Source: Candidatus Levyibacteriota bacterium (GTDB lineage Bacteria; Patescibacteriota; Microgenomatia; Levybacterales; UBA12049). Taken from it: DNA of 64,000 nt. The notes below the pieces were generated by a model, which was not told where the DNA came from, searched no databases, and saw only the letters and a program-made list of their open reading frames with translations. Positions 39,026-48,114 of this stretch are shown here, in pieces (the stretch's first letter is position 1; each line of letters begins with the position of its first letter). Location: the NCBI GenBank assembly GCA_052034235.1, contig JBPOIT010000007.1, positions 22,234 through 86,233 on the forward strand, read 5' to 3'. The translations under genes were made by a program, and so were the position numbers.

Positions 39026-39060
39026 ATGTATAAGGATTAGACCTCATCTCAATATCATTG
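39026..39060 (+). promoter_or_regulatory. conserved late intergenic motif (copy 7, before lysin)
   Basis: ATGTATAAG-N14-TCAATATCATTG, followed by GGTAGG and the ATG. Confidence 0.5.
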
Positions 39061-39066
39061 GGTAGG

Positions 39067-40098
39067 ATGAGAAACTACCCAAAAATCTATTCACAGCGCG
39101 ATCCTAAATGGGCTTCTCAAAGACTAGGAACAGTCAATGGGTCAACCATTGGCCAATATGGTTGTTATTTGACTTGTGATGCCATGACTGCAGGTTATTT
39201 TCATCAAGAAATAACCCCAAATGCTCTAGATGACATCTTCACCAATAAAAAGTACTACGTAAGCGGAAATTTACTCACTGATGACGCATTAACAAAGGTA
39301 TTTCCTGAAATTGTCTACCAAAGGACGTATTCCTATAAGGACGTCCCAGCTGATTTAAATTTACTCAGACAGCTTGCTCAAGACGACACACTAGCAATCA
39401 TTCTATGTATAGACTTCGATCACGATCCAAATGATGGAATTCAGACTCATTTTGTATGTGTTCAATCATATGAAGGAAATACTCTCAAAATTTATGATCC
39501 TTGGTATGGAACTGAAGATGACTTTGCACTCCACTATGGTAATAACCCAGGACTCACGATTCAAAAAGTTGTGGTTTATAAAGGTAATCCGGTTAATGGA
39601 ACCGTTGCTGTAGATGCAGCCGTTTTTCCCCAACTTGTCGATAAAGCCACAAAATATGATGCCTTTCATGCTGCAGGTTATACGACTGTAGATGATGTCA
39701 TAAAGAAAGTAGGTGACCTAACCAATGCCAATACTCAGTTTCAGCAAGATATTCAAAAGCTTCAAGGTCAAATTTCTGATATGGCGACTGCGATTCAAAA
39801 AGTTAAGGATGAAGATTTACAGGCAGTGGACGACTCCTTAAAAGCGCAGCATGAACGAGATAGTGCAGTTTCAGACTTAAATTTTGCAAAGAAACTTCTT
39901 GGTTTAGATCCTCAAGCAACTCCGGATGATATGGATAAAGCAGTTAGTACTTTGAAAGACAAGAATAAGGAGTTAGAGAAAGAAATTAAAGAACAAACTA
40001 AGCCTCAAGCAGAAATTACAGATCCAGATGTTAAAGCTGCATTTAGTTTAATAACTTTCTTGAAAAAGATATTCGGAAAAGGAGGTGATACTCAGTGA
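39067..40098 (+). CDS. putative endolysin: peptidase C39-like/CHAP-like cysteine peptidase with C-terminal coiled-coil domain
   Basis: YSQRDPKWASQRLG...TIGQYGCYLTCDAMTAGYF matches the Peptidase_C39_2-type Cys active-site region. Followed by a holin-like gene. Confidence 0.5.
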   Translation: MRNYPKIYSQRDPKWASQRLGTVNGSTIGQYGCYLTCDAMTAGYFHQEITPNALDDIFTNKKYYVSGNLLTDDALTKVFPEIVYQRTYSYKDVPADLNLLRQLAQDDTLAIILCIDFDHDPNDGIQTHFVCVQSYEGNTLKIYDPWYGTEDDFALHYGNNPGLTIQKVVVYKGNPVNGTVAVDAAVFPQLVDKATKYDAFHAAGYTTVDDVIKKVGDLTNANTQFQQDIQKLQGQISDMATAIQKVKDEDLQAVDDSLKAQHERDSAVSDLNFAKKLLGLDPQATPDDMDKAVSTLKDKNKELEKEIKEQTKPQAEITDPDVKAAFSLITFLKKIFGKGGDTQ

Positions 40099-40373
40099 AT
40101 GACTTAATTGGATTGGTTTTACCACCGGTTATTGATCTTATAAATCATAAAGTATCAAATTCAGCAGCAAAAGTTCTCCTCTCTTTAGCAATTTCACTTA
40201 TTGTTGGTGCATTATTGAATCTTGATAAGCTTAATGTCAAAGACGCAGGAGATGTTTTACAGGCTGGACTAGTGGTTTTCGGATCAGCTCAGGTAACTTA
40301 TCAGCTTTATTGGAAAAAGTCTTTAGATAGGCAACAGATGGTCTCAAAATTGCAAGGAAAAATTTCTAGTTGA
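40095..40373 (+). CDS. putative holin
   Basis: 92 aa with two hydrophobic segments; overlaps the lysin stop by 4 nt. Confidence 0.4.
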   Translation: MNDLIGLVLPPVIDLINHKVSNSAAKVLLSLAISLIVGALLNLDKLNVKDAGDVLQAGLVVFGSAQVTYQLYWKKSLDRQQMVSKLQGKISS

Positions 40374-40632
40374 AGAGTATAATTGCTAGAAGAAGAACTA
40401 TAAATAAAATTGTTCCTACTACCCATATTGTACTCTTTTTGGAGCCTTTTCTTACATCGACAATTATTGGATAATTGAATGGTTGTTTATCTTCTTTTGT
40501 AGTAAATCTCATCATAATTAATTCTATATCATTTTAGGATTGTTTTCTTTTGTGTATTCGTCTGTAATTTGATCCTATATGCGCTATAATAATAGTGTTA
40601 ATAACCTTATGGGCGAAGTAGGTGATAATTCT

Positions 40633-42837
40633 ATGACTGTAAGAGTTGAAGGAGCTGGTATCAGTGATCATCCTGGGGTAGAGCATTCCGCCCCTGTTTT
40701 TCGTGCTCTTAGAAGAGACCAAGATAGACAAGCTGAAATACTTGGTGGTTTTTCTCCGGACCAACAACGAGATATAAGATATAAACAAAAAATACTCACT
40801 TCACTCGCTTCTTTTATAGGAAAGGATTTTAGCATCCCCGTTAAACTGAATGAGCCAGGACAAGGCTGGCATTGGAACTTCCAAGACAACGAAATCAAAG
40901 TAGACCCACAAGATTTAGTAGAAAAGCCACTGGATTATTTAAGATTTGTTACTTCTCATGAAGGTACTCATAGAAGAATATCCAGAGCAGGCGATATTCC
41001 TCAGGAGGTTTGGAGACAACCTGGATTTTCTTTTATGGCAAATGCTATTGAAGATCCAAGAGTAAATAACTTTCTAGCTGATGCATATCCTAAGTCCAGG
41101 GAACAAATGAAGCTTGCCTATGAAATGGATGCTCAATTTGAAGCTCAAGCTAAGAAAGATGCAAAAGATCAGTTAGGATTTCAGCCAAGATTTGTAACAG
41201 CTGGCTTTGAATATATAAAGCAGTGGTTTAGAAGCACACAAGGTCAACCTGTAGAGCTAACTGACGACTTAGCTCCTGAAGTAAGAGAAGTTGTAAAGAA
41301 AACCTTGGAGTCTGCAAGAGATGCATGGCTCAGATACCCGTCAAAGCAAGAAGCAGATCAAGGCGAGGGAATAATAAAAAGATACTCACAGGTGTCTTAC
41401 GAAATTCAAAGAGATGAAGTATGGCCAGAATTTAAGAAGTTGGTAGATCAAGACATGCAAGACCAAGAAACGCAAGAGTTAATCCAACAAATGATGCAAG
41501 GGCAATCCGGTGAGGGTGAAGGCGAAGGACAAAGTGGTCAAGGTATGCCGCAAGACCTAAAAGATAAATTGACACCAGAGCAACAGGGAGAATTAGAGCA
41601 AGCAATGCAACAGGCAGCACAAAAAGGGCAACCTCAGCCTGGCGAGGGACAACCTCAAGCTGGAGATGGTCAGCCAGGGCAAGGAAAAAGAACCGCTGTT
41701 GACTTAGATTCTTTATCACCTGAATTAAGACAAAAATTAAAAGAGCATATTGATAGCAAACCCCAACCCACGCAACAGCAGTTAGAAGAAATGGCTAGGC
41801 AAGCACTTAAAGAATTAGAGGATATGATAAATGAACAATTGCAAGGTAAGTTATCGGATAATCCGGATAAAAAAGCGGAGAGAGAAGCAGCACAAGCTCA
41901 AGCAAAACCTGCAGGAGAAGCTGCTCAGGGTGATAAAAAACCAACTGAAGAAGGAGAGCCTAGCGATAAGCCCGCCACTCCATCTGACTATGAAGGATCA
42001 GATGATTTCAGAAAATTTAAAGACCAATTAGAGCAGGTCATGCAAAAAGACGAAAGCGTATATGAGCAAAACAGAAGAGAAGTTTTACCTGTTATCGATG
42101 CTCTGGAGGGTGATTTAAGAGAGTTGTTCGTGGCACGAAGAGCCAATAAGTGGCACAGTGGTTTCAGAACGGGTAAAAGGATAGATATTAAGAAAAGAAT
42201 GCAGGAGAAAGCCTTGGGTGTCTCTCCTATTGAAAGTAAAGCTTGGCAAAAAAGAGAGGTTCCTCAGGAAAAAGATTATGCAATTACTCTTTTAGTTGAT
42301 CTTTCTGGTTCAATGAGAGGACAAAAGATTTCTGAAACCTTTAAAGGTGCGGTTGCTCTAGCCGAAGTATTAAATAGATTATCGATAAACACGGAAATAT
42401 TAGGATTTAATGACCGACTTTATGAATATCAGGCATATGGACAAGACATGTCGCAAGAAATTAGAGATCGAATGGGAACAATGCCACGGGAGGTTAACAC
42501 CGAAAGAGCTTCATATAATGACGATGGGTGGGCTTTAGAAGAAGCCTCTGAAAGATTAGCCAGACAAAAAGCAACCGAAAAATTCTTATTTGTGTTATCT
42601 GATGGTGTACCAGAGCCATCATCTGCGCACTCTGGTCCCAGGTATGAGTTAGGAGCTGCAGTTAGAAGGATTATGGAAGGATCAGATCAAAAATTAATTG
42701 GTTTAGGAATTGGTCAAGGAACTGAGCATGTCAGTAGATTTTACCCCAATAGTATTGCTAATATAAATGTAGGAGAAATGCCAGAAAAGCTGGCAGATGT
42801 AATTCGAGAAGCAATTGCTAATTACGATACCTTTTAG
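40633..42837 (+). CDS. DUF2201-like protein: N-terminal HExxH metallopeptidase-like domain + Q/G/E-rich linker + C-terminal von Willebrand A (VWA) domain; partner of MoxR-type ATPase
   Basis: HEGTHRR (HExxH) near the N-terminus; VWA MIDAS DxSxS (LLVDLSGSMRGQK) and VLSDG near the C-terminus. AGGTGA RBS before ATG 40633; the track start 40579 is further upstream. Confidence 0.6.
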   Translation: MTVRVEGAGISDHPGVEHSAPVFRALRRDQDRQAEILGGFSPDQQRDIRYKQKILTSLASFIGKDFSIPVKLNEPGQGWHWNFQDNEIKVDPQDLVEKPLDYLRFVTSHEGTHRRISRAGDIPQEVWRQPGFSFMANAIEDPRVNNFLADAYPKSREQMKLAYEMDAQFEAQAKKDAKDQLGFQPRFVTAGFEYIKQWFRSTQGQPVELTDDLAPEVREVVKKTLESARDAWLRYPSKQEADQGEGIIKRYSQVSYEIQRDEVWPEFKKLVDQDMQDQETQELIQQMMQGQSGEGEGEGQSGQGMPQDLKDKLTPEQQGELEQAMQQAAQKGQPQPGEGQPQAGDGQPGQGKRTAVDLDSLSPELRQKLKEHIDSKPQPTQQQLEEMARQALKELEDMINEQLQGKLSDNPDKKAEREAAQAQAKPAGEAAQGDKKPTEEGEPSDKPATPSDYEGSDDFRKFKDQLEQVMQKDESVYEQNRREVLPVIDALEGDLRELFVARRANKWHSGFRTGKRIDIKKRMQEKALGVSPIESKAWQKREVPQEKDYAITLLVDLSGSMRGQKISETFKGAVALAEVLNRLSINTEILGFNDRLYEYQAYGQDMSQEIRDRMGTMPREVNTERASYNDDGWALEEASERLARQKATEKFLFVLSDGVPEPSSAHSGPRYELGAAVRRIMEGSDQKLIGLGIGQGTEHVSRFYPNSIANINVGEMPEKLADVIREAIANYDTF

Positions 42838-42848
42838 TAAGATAAAAA

Positions 42849-43265
42849 TTGATGATTATGAATAGCAAATTTACAGACTTTCTAAAACACTCACTCTCTC
42901 AAAAAGAAATTTCTCTGGCTATTGCAAAAGACGATCAGGAGCTAAATAGCTTCCAAGAGACTCTTCATCAAGCTGGATTTAAGAAGGCTTATGATATTCC
43001 CGAAATCTTAAATGACATGAAGGAAAACTCAAAGGTCTACTACTTTATTGATGAGAAATTCCCCAAAGCGCTGTATGACTTAATAATTCAATACCCCACT
43101 GGTCAAGTAGAGACTTTTGATGTTCGAACAATGAAATCTACAGTGGTTACGCCGTCTTATAGCAAATCAGCTATAATACTGCTTGTCACAAAGGATACTT
43201 TAGCTTATTTTCAGACTAAAGGCTATTCAATATTAGAAAAAGTTGGAATAGCATATCAAAGTTAA
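42849..43265 (+). CDS. hypothetical protein between VWA and AAA genes
   Basis: 138-aa ORF, tightly spaced with both neighbours. Confidence 0.3.
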   Translation: MMIMNSKFTDFLKHSLSQKEISLAIAKDDQELNSFQETLHQAGFKKAYDIPEILNDMKENSKVYYFIDEKFPKALYDLIIQYPTGQVETFDVRTMKSTVVTPSYSKSAIILLVTKDTLAYFQTKGYSILEKVGIAYQS

Positions 43266-43268
43266 AAT

Positions 43269-45269
43269 ATGGAAGATCCGAATGTAGACTCAGCTATGAT
43301 AGAAAGACAAGGACCGATTGACCGAAAGACTGCTCCTATTGTGGAAACTCCTGATACAGTTTCCTATTTGGGCGTGCGTTTAGAGAAGTCATCGGCTCCT
43401 CCTGGATTGTACGTTCCCAGAAAAGAACAATATGCTGATTATATCAATGATAGATTTTCCCTAGACCTTCAAAAACAACTAGCAGTAAGCTTTCTTCAGG
43501 GTGATCCAATTCTTGTGGAAGGTGGTACTAGTATCGGTAAAACAACTACTGTAAGAAAGATGGCAGCAGATCTTGGGTGGGAAGTTCACTACGCCAACCT
43601 TAATGGAGCAACGGATGTAGAAGATTTAATGGGTAGATACATCCCTAATCCAGATAAACATGCTCCTGAAGATCCTGAATATGTATTTGCTGATGGAAAA
43701 GTCACCAGTGGTCTAAGACAAGAAGATGGGAAAATTAAAGTTATTATTTTGGATGAGTTTAATGCTGCAGCTCCTAATATTTTAATTCGTTTACATGAGG
43801 TATTGGATGCTGTAGGCAGAGGGGAAAATGTTGTTTTATCAGAGGATGCTTCAGAAGTTGTTCCTGTTGATAAAGCTAAGACCAAAGTAGTAGCACTCAT
43901 GAATCCTCCTGGAAAAGGTTATTTTGGAAGAGAGCCGCTAGATCCGGCACAGCTAAGACGTTGGGTATACACAAAAGCCCCTACAGATTTACCAGACGAA
44001 ACGTTCAGCCATGCTACAGACGCTTTATTTACGCTGGCTCCTCAAATGCAGGATGTGCCGGAGGATGCATATTTATTAAATCGAGACTTGGCCTTGCTAC
44101 CAGAGCAATTACAAGAAATACCAGGTATCCACGAAGTACTGGCTAAATATAAGGAATTTCACAAAGGAGCAAAATTGTTGGTCAGAGAAAGAAGAGTTGC
44201 TGCAGATCAACCGCAACCATTTACTTACGATGACAGAATGGAACCTAGAAGAGTGAGAGATTTCGTTTTGTCTTTTTATAATGGAGATGTTAATGACACC
44301 TTCCAAACAGCTCTGCGTTATTACTATGAAAATAAATTAGATTCAGCAGTAGATAAAGCTGCTATGGATGAATTAGTCAGAACAGTCGAATATGTAGAGC
44401 CAATACAAAATGTTTCTTCTCAAAGGCGAGGACTAGAAAGGGACGCTGCTGTCAGACCTGGAGAACCATTAGTAGATATTGTTAGGTCTACCGCTACGGA
44501 GACATCTGAGCTTGGAAGAAGGGAAACTGAAGCATGGCAAAGAGTTTTGGGTACAAGAGTTGAAGTAAAGCCATTGCCTGAATCTGTTACACCAGAAGTA
44601 AGAAGAAATCTTGAACGACTTGGGTTTGATTTACGGTATGTTCCCAAAATTGAGCTTGCTGATCGTGATGCTATTAGGCGTAAAGGTGTTGACCAGTACT
44701 TAAAAGATTTACAACGTCAATATCCAAATTGGAAGCCATATGAATCTCTTGGTGATAGAGAGCAATCCGACCATAGAATTCCTCGAAACTTGAGGGAATG
44801 GTATTGGGAGTTAGTAAAAGATGGAAAAGTGGATATGCCTGTGCTTCCTGGACAGTGGTTAGCTGTTGAAACAGTCGATAAGCCATCATATGGGAATAAA
44901 TATGCAAGAACTGCTTTTGCTGAAAAGTTAGGATTTAGAGATGATAGGTTTAATGTCTCTTGGAATGATGCAAATAACGCTATAGAAAGGCAAAAGAGAG
45001 CAGTTTTAGGTGAAGTCGGGCTTACTGGAAGGTCTGCAGATATTCGATTACTAGAGACTCCTGAATGGAATTTATTAGGAAATCGTGAGGGTTGGGGTGC
45101 AACTGATACTTATGAGTGGACAAATACAGAATATCGTGAGTCCGGTGGTCCGCGCCGTCTCGTGGTTGGTGGCTCCGACTACGGTGGTGCGGCGAACGTC
45201 TACTGGGCTCATCCTGACTACTCGTACGACAACGTGGGGTTCCGTGCTGCGGTAGTCGTGGGTTCTTGA
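43269..45269 (+). CDS. DGR target: AAA_5 (MoxR/dynein-related) ATPase with C-terminal FGE-sulfatase/C-type-lectin-fold variable domain
   Basis: Walker A ILVEGGTSIGKTTT, Walker B VIILDEFNAA; no signal peptide. The C-terminal WTNTEYRESGGPRRLVVGGSDYGGAANVYWAHPDYSYDNVGFRAAVV matches the FGE-sulfatase fold signature (RGGSW...GFRcA). The last 122 nt form the VR of the downstream DGR. Confidence 0.75.
   Translation: MEDPNVDSAMIERQGPIDRKTAPIVETPDTVSYLGVRLEKSSAPPGLYVPRKEQYADYINDRFSLDLQKQLAVSFLQGDPILVEGGTSIGKTTTVRKMAADLGWEVHYANLNGATDVEDLMGRYIPNPDKHAPEDPEYVFADGKVTSGLRQEDGKIKVIILDEFNAAAPNILIRLHEVLDAVGRGENVVLSEDASEVVPVDKAKTKVVALMNPPGKGYFGREPLDPAQLRRWVYTKAPTDLPDETFSHATDALFTLAPQMQDVPEDAYLLNRDLALLPEQLQEIPGIHEVLAKYKEFHKGAKLLVRERRVAADQPQPFTYDDRMEPRRVRDFVLSFYNGDVNDTFQTALRYYYENKLDSAVDKAAMDELVRTVEYVEPIQNVSSQRRGLERDAAVRPGEPLVDIVRSTATETSELGRRETEAWQRVLGTRVEVKPLPESVTPEVRRNLERLGFDLRYVPKIELADRDAIRRKGVDQYLKDLQRQYPNWKPYESLGDREQSDHRIPRNLREWYWELVKDGKVDMPVLPGQWLAVETVDKPSYGNKYARTAFAEKLGFRDDRFNVSWNDANNAIERQKRAVLGEVGLTGRSADIRLLETPEWNLLGNREGWGATDTYEWTNTEYRESGGPRRLVVGGSDYGGAANVYWAHPDYSYDNVGFRAAVVVGS
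45135..45256 (+). repeat. DGR variable repeat (VR) at the 3' end of the target gene
   Basis: 122 nt aligning with TR at 45723-45844. The 10 differences (G/A, CG/AA, GG/AA, T/A x4, C/A) all fall on TR adenines. The identical GC-rich 3' end (ggggttccgtgctgcggtagt) is IMH-like. Confidence 0.9.
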
Positions 45270-45284
45270 TAGCTTGATCCTTTG

Positions 45285-45315
45285 GATCTTTTGGTTTTTT
45301 TGGTTTTGATCTCTT
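45285..45315 (+). terminator. rho-independent terminator of DGR target gene
   Basis: GATCC-ttt-GGATC hairpin followed by TTTTGGTTTTTTTGG. Confidence 0.5.
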
Positions 45316-45722
45316 GAATTACCCGCTTGCGGGTCGATTCAAAAAAATAATTTCAGCCTCATAATAATTGCATACGATAGATAGCATTTGACCTTGATTT
45401 TTGTTAGTACCCTCCGATATACTCCTAAATAGATTTTGTTAATGTAAGCGTGGGCATGCCTGCGTTTCACGAAATCTCTCTTTTTATCAATGTGTGAGTT
45501 TTGATGGGTACGCCTATCAGAAGAGAGCAAATAAGAAGATGAAACTACTTGTCCCTTTTTGAAGGTCTCAATAAGTAATTGTTGAGCCAAGTTAAATACA
45601 GGAGACAGTCTTTAGTGTCTAAAGACCATCTCGGTACGAATATAAAGGTAAGGGTTTGTAATTTAACATTCAGTGGCAAGAACTCCGATTCAATCGGAGG
45701 GAAAGAAAAGGGGCAATGCACA

Positions 45723-45844
45723 CGTGAGTCCGGTGATCCGAACCGTCTCGTGGTTGGTAACTCCGACAACGGTGGTGCGGCGAACGTCAACTGGGATCAT
45801 CCTGACAACTCGAACGACAACGTGGGGTTCCGTGCTGCGGTAGT
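45723..45844 (+). repeat. DGR template repeat (TR)
   Basis: Adenine-rich at the variable codons (AAC/AAT). Differs from VR only at adenines. Lies in a 380-nt untranslated spacer upstream of avd/RT. The overlapping 144-aa ORF 45579-46013 is rejected. Confidence 0.9.
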
Positions 45845-45894
45845 ATTATCTTTAAGTGAAATACGGCCTGCTCTATCAAGGGTAGGCCTTATTT

Positions 45895-46272
45895 TTAGGT
45901 GGAAGATGACCTTATCCATCCACCTAACATTTTACCAATTTCTTGAAGGGAGGATTCTAATTCAAGATATTTTTTATTATCAAGTATTTTTAGATCTTTA
46001 CATAACCTTATGAGTACTTTTGTTAAATCGAGCTTTGTACTTGCTCTTTGCAAGACTGGTATTTTTTCTTGTTTAGGTAGGCTCGCAGCGATTGTAACTG
46101 ATTCTAGAAAATCGAGAAGAGCATTTTCGCATCTCTGGCCAAGTGTATATTTATCTTTTTTAGGAAAGTTAACAAGGTAACCATAAAAGGTTTTGTATGT
46201 TTCGTAAGTTTTTTGAAAAATGGGAAAATCTAAAGTTTTATTAATTGATTGAAAATCATGAGAGTCTGGCAT
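45895..46272 (-). CDS. avd: accessory variability determinant (Avd; four-helix-bundle / 23S rRNA-IVS family)
   Basis: 125 aa. FPKKDKYTLGQRCENALLDF... and C-terminal EIGKMLGGWIRSS match the four-helix-bundle family signature (FPKxEKYxLxsQlrRA...EIGKMLNGLIKSL). Head-to-head with the RT gene, overlapping it by 24 nt. Confidence 0.55.
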   Translation of the reverse strand: MPDSHDFQSINKTLDFPIFQKTYETYKTFYGYLVNFPKKDKYTLGQRCENALLDFLESVTIAASLPKQEKIPVLQRASTKLDLTKVLIRLCKDLKILDNKKYLELESSLQEIGKMLGGWIRSSST

Positions 46273-47295
46273 AACATTTACTCAAATCTTATCACATTGG
46301 AGAGCGTTTTTACAGCGTGGGATGAGTTTATTCAAGGCAAAAAGAAAAAAGATGACGTAATGGCTTTTAGAAGGTTTCTCGAGGATAATTTATTCGAACT
46401 TCATCAAAGCTTAAAAGCTAAGACATACCAACATGGTGGGTACAAATCTTTTTATATTAGAGATCCAAAAGTGCGCCATATTTCAAAAGCTTGTGTCAGA
46501 GATAGAGTCGTCCATCATCTCGTCAGTAATGTCTTAGAAAGAATTTTTGACCCTACATTTTATGTGCATTCCTATTCCTGCCGTAAAAACAAAGGAACTC
46601 ATAAAGCAATCGAATCATTTGTTAAGCTTGCCAGAAAAGCTAGCAAAAATAATACGTCACCTCTTTTTGTTCTTAAATGTGACGTAAAGAAGTTTTTTGC
46701 CAGCGTCGATCATGAAATATTATATAGACTACTGGATAGGAGAATTTTTGATGAAGATTTTTTGTGGTTATTGAGAGAAATAATTAATAGCTTTAGTATA
46801 GATGCTCAGGAAAGGGGTATGCCTATAGGGAATCTCACTTCTCAATTTTTCGCTAATATTTACCTGGATCCTTTTGACCGTTTCATTAAGCATGATCTTA
46901 AAATTGAATATTATATTCGCTATGCTGATGACTTCATAATCTTGTCAGACAATAAGGAATATTTAGAGAAGTTAATTGTCAATCTTGAACACTTTTTGGA
47001 ATTTGAGCTAAAGCTATTCCTTCACCCTCACAAAATATCAATTCGAGATTATTATTTAGGAATAGATTTTTTAGGCTATATCGTTTTTCCTAATTTTGTC
47101 TTACCCAGAACCAAAACGAAGAAGCGGCTTTTTAGGAAGATTCATAAAAAGGTGGAACTTTATAAGATGAGTAAAATTACAGCAGAATCCCTTAGCCAGT
47201 CAATTCAATCCTACCTTGGTTATCTTACTCATGCCAATGCGTACAAACTCTCTCAACAGCTGAAGAATCAAATTATATTTTGGCTAAACGACTAA
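46249..47295 (+). CDS. DGR-type reverse transcriptase
   Basis: RT motifs including YADDFII (motif 5) and the DGR-specific MPIGNLTSQFFANIYL (I/LGxxxSQ in place of QGxxxSP). 348 aa with no maturase or endonuclease domains. Confidence 0.9.
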   Translation: MKIMRVWHNIYSNLITLESVFTAWDEFIQGKKKKDDVMAFRRFLEDNLFELHQSLKAKTYQHGGYKSFYIRDPKVRHISKACVRDRVVHHLVSNVLERIFDPTFYVHSYSCRKNKGTHKAIESFVKLARKASKNNTSPLFVLKCDVKKFFASVDHEILYRLLDRRIFDEDFLWLLREIINSFSIDAQERGMPIGNLTSQFFANIYLDPFDRFIKHDLKIEYYIRYADDFIILSDNKEYLEKLIVNLEHFLEFELKLFLHPHKISIRDYYLGIDFLGYIVFPNFVLPRTKTKKRLFRKIHKKVELYKMSKITAESLSQSIQSYLGYLTHANAYKLSQQLKNQIIFWLND

Positions 47296-47507
47296 AACAT
47301 AAATAACTCTTTTGGCTCTACCTTCAGAGCCTTGGAGAGCTTATATATGTTGTCCAGGGAGACATTTTGCTCTCCTCTCTCCACCGCTCCAATATAGGTG
47401 CGGTGAATACTGGCCTTAAACCCCAATGCTTCCTGAGAAAGCTTTGCGGCTTTTCTAACCTCCCTTAGTCTGTTTCCGAATTTTTTTCGGATATTAGTTT
47501 GTCCCAT
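47292..47507 (-). CDS. XRE-family HTH transcriptional regulator
   Basis: 71 aa; LSQEALGFKASIHRTYIGAVERGEQNVSLDNIYKLSKAL is a classic Cro/C1-type HTH. Confidence 0.6.
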   Translation of the reverse strand: MGQTNIRKKFGNRLREVRKAAKLSQEALGFKASIHRTYIGAVERGEQNVSLDNIYKLSKALKVEPKELFMF

Positions 47508-47585
47508 AATGACGCTGCAATCAAGGTTAGTATTTTGTAGTCAATAACTCTACAGACGATAACTAGCATTTCTGCTATAATTAGC

Positions 47586-47930
47586 TTGAAAATGAAAAGA
47601 AATTTAATTATCGAACAATATGAATTCGGGACAATTGAGGGAATAAATGATGAAGCTTTACTCAAAGCGATTAATAAGGCTCAATCAAGGTTTTTTACCA
47701 AGCAGGATGGGTTTTTATATGCGGAAGTACTTAAAGAAGGTGACAAGTGGATAAAACTTACTTACTGGAACAGCCGAGATGAAGCTATGGGGGCACAAAA
47801 AGCATTTTTAGATCATTCTAGCTGCTTACCTTTTGTTCAGATGATTTCTCCTGGTAATGTGAAGATATTGTACCTAGAACGAATTTTGAGATATAAGAGC
47901 AAAGCTTTTGGTGAAAGGAGGTTTAGTTAA
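47586..47930 (+). CDS. hypothetical protein (possibly ABM/dimeric alpha-beta-barrel-like)
   Basis: 114-aa ORF divergent from the XRE gene. Confidence 0.25.
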   Translation: MKMKRNLIIEQYEFGTIEGINDEALLKAINKAQSRFFTKQDGFLYAEVLKEGDKWIKLTYWNSRDEAMGAQKAFLDHSSCLPFVQMISPGNVKILYLERILRYKSKAFGERRFS

Positions 47931-48114
47931 TCAGTTTATCCAAGAAAATGTTCAGGAAATGTTTTATGTTATTACCTTAAAAATTGAGAATAAAGGCAAA
48001 GAAACTAAAAACAGTTCTCGAATCCGCTTAACGAATAACTCCCATAGATATAATCTGGGGGTTATTAATAGTCTATGTAATGCCTTAGTTTTCTGATAAA
48101 ATGCAGTTATATCT

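Larger units (their letters stand above)
45135..47295 (+). mobile_element. diversity-generating retroelement cassette (VR - TR - avd(-) - RT)
   Basis: All four canonical components are present with an adenine-specific VR/TR mismatch pattern. Confidence 0.85.

Noticed and set aside
45339-45790. Two minus-strand ORFs (45339-45590, 45545-45790) in the VR-TR spacer
   Set aside because: They overlap the TR and the spacer that DGRs transcribe as template RNA, and have no RBS or recognisable domain. The spacer is more likely non-coding.
45579-46013. 144-aa + strand ORF containing an FGE-like peptide (RLVVGNSDNGGAANVNWDHPDNSNDNVGFRAAVV)
   Set aside because: This is the DGR template repeat read in frame. 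It has no RBS, it overlaps the convergent Avd gene, and the upstream portion is a non-coding spacer. TR is expected to be non-coding.
47508-47585. TGTAG-N9-CTACA inverted repeat between the XRE gene and ORF 47586, considered as a C-box operator
   Set aside because: Short arms in AT-rich DNA and no second copy; insufficient support.
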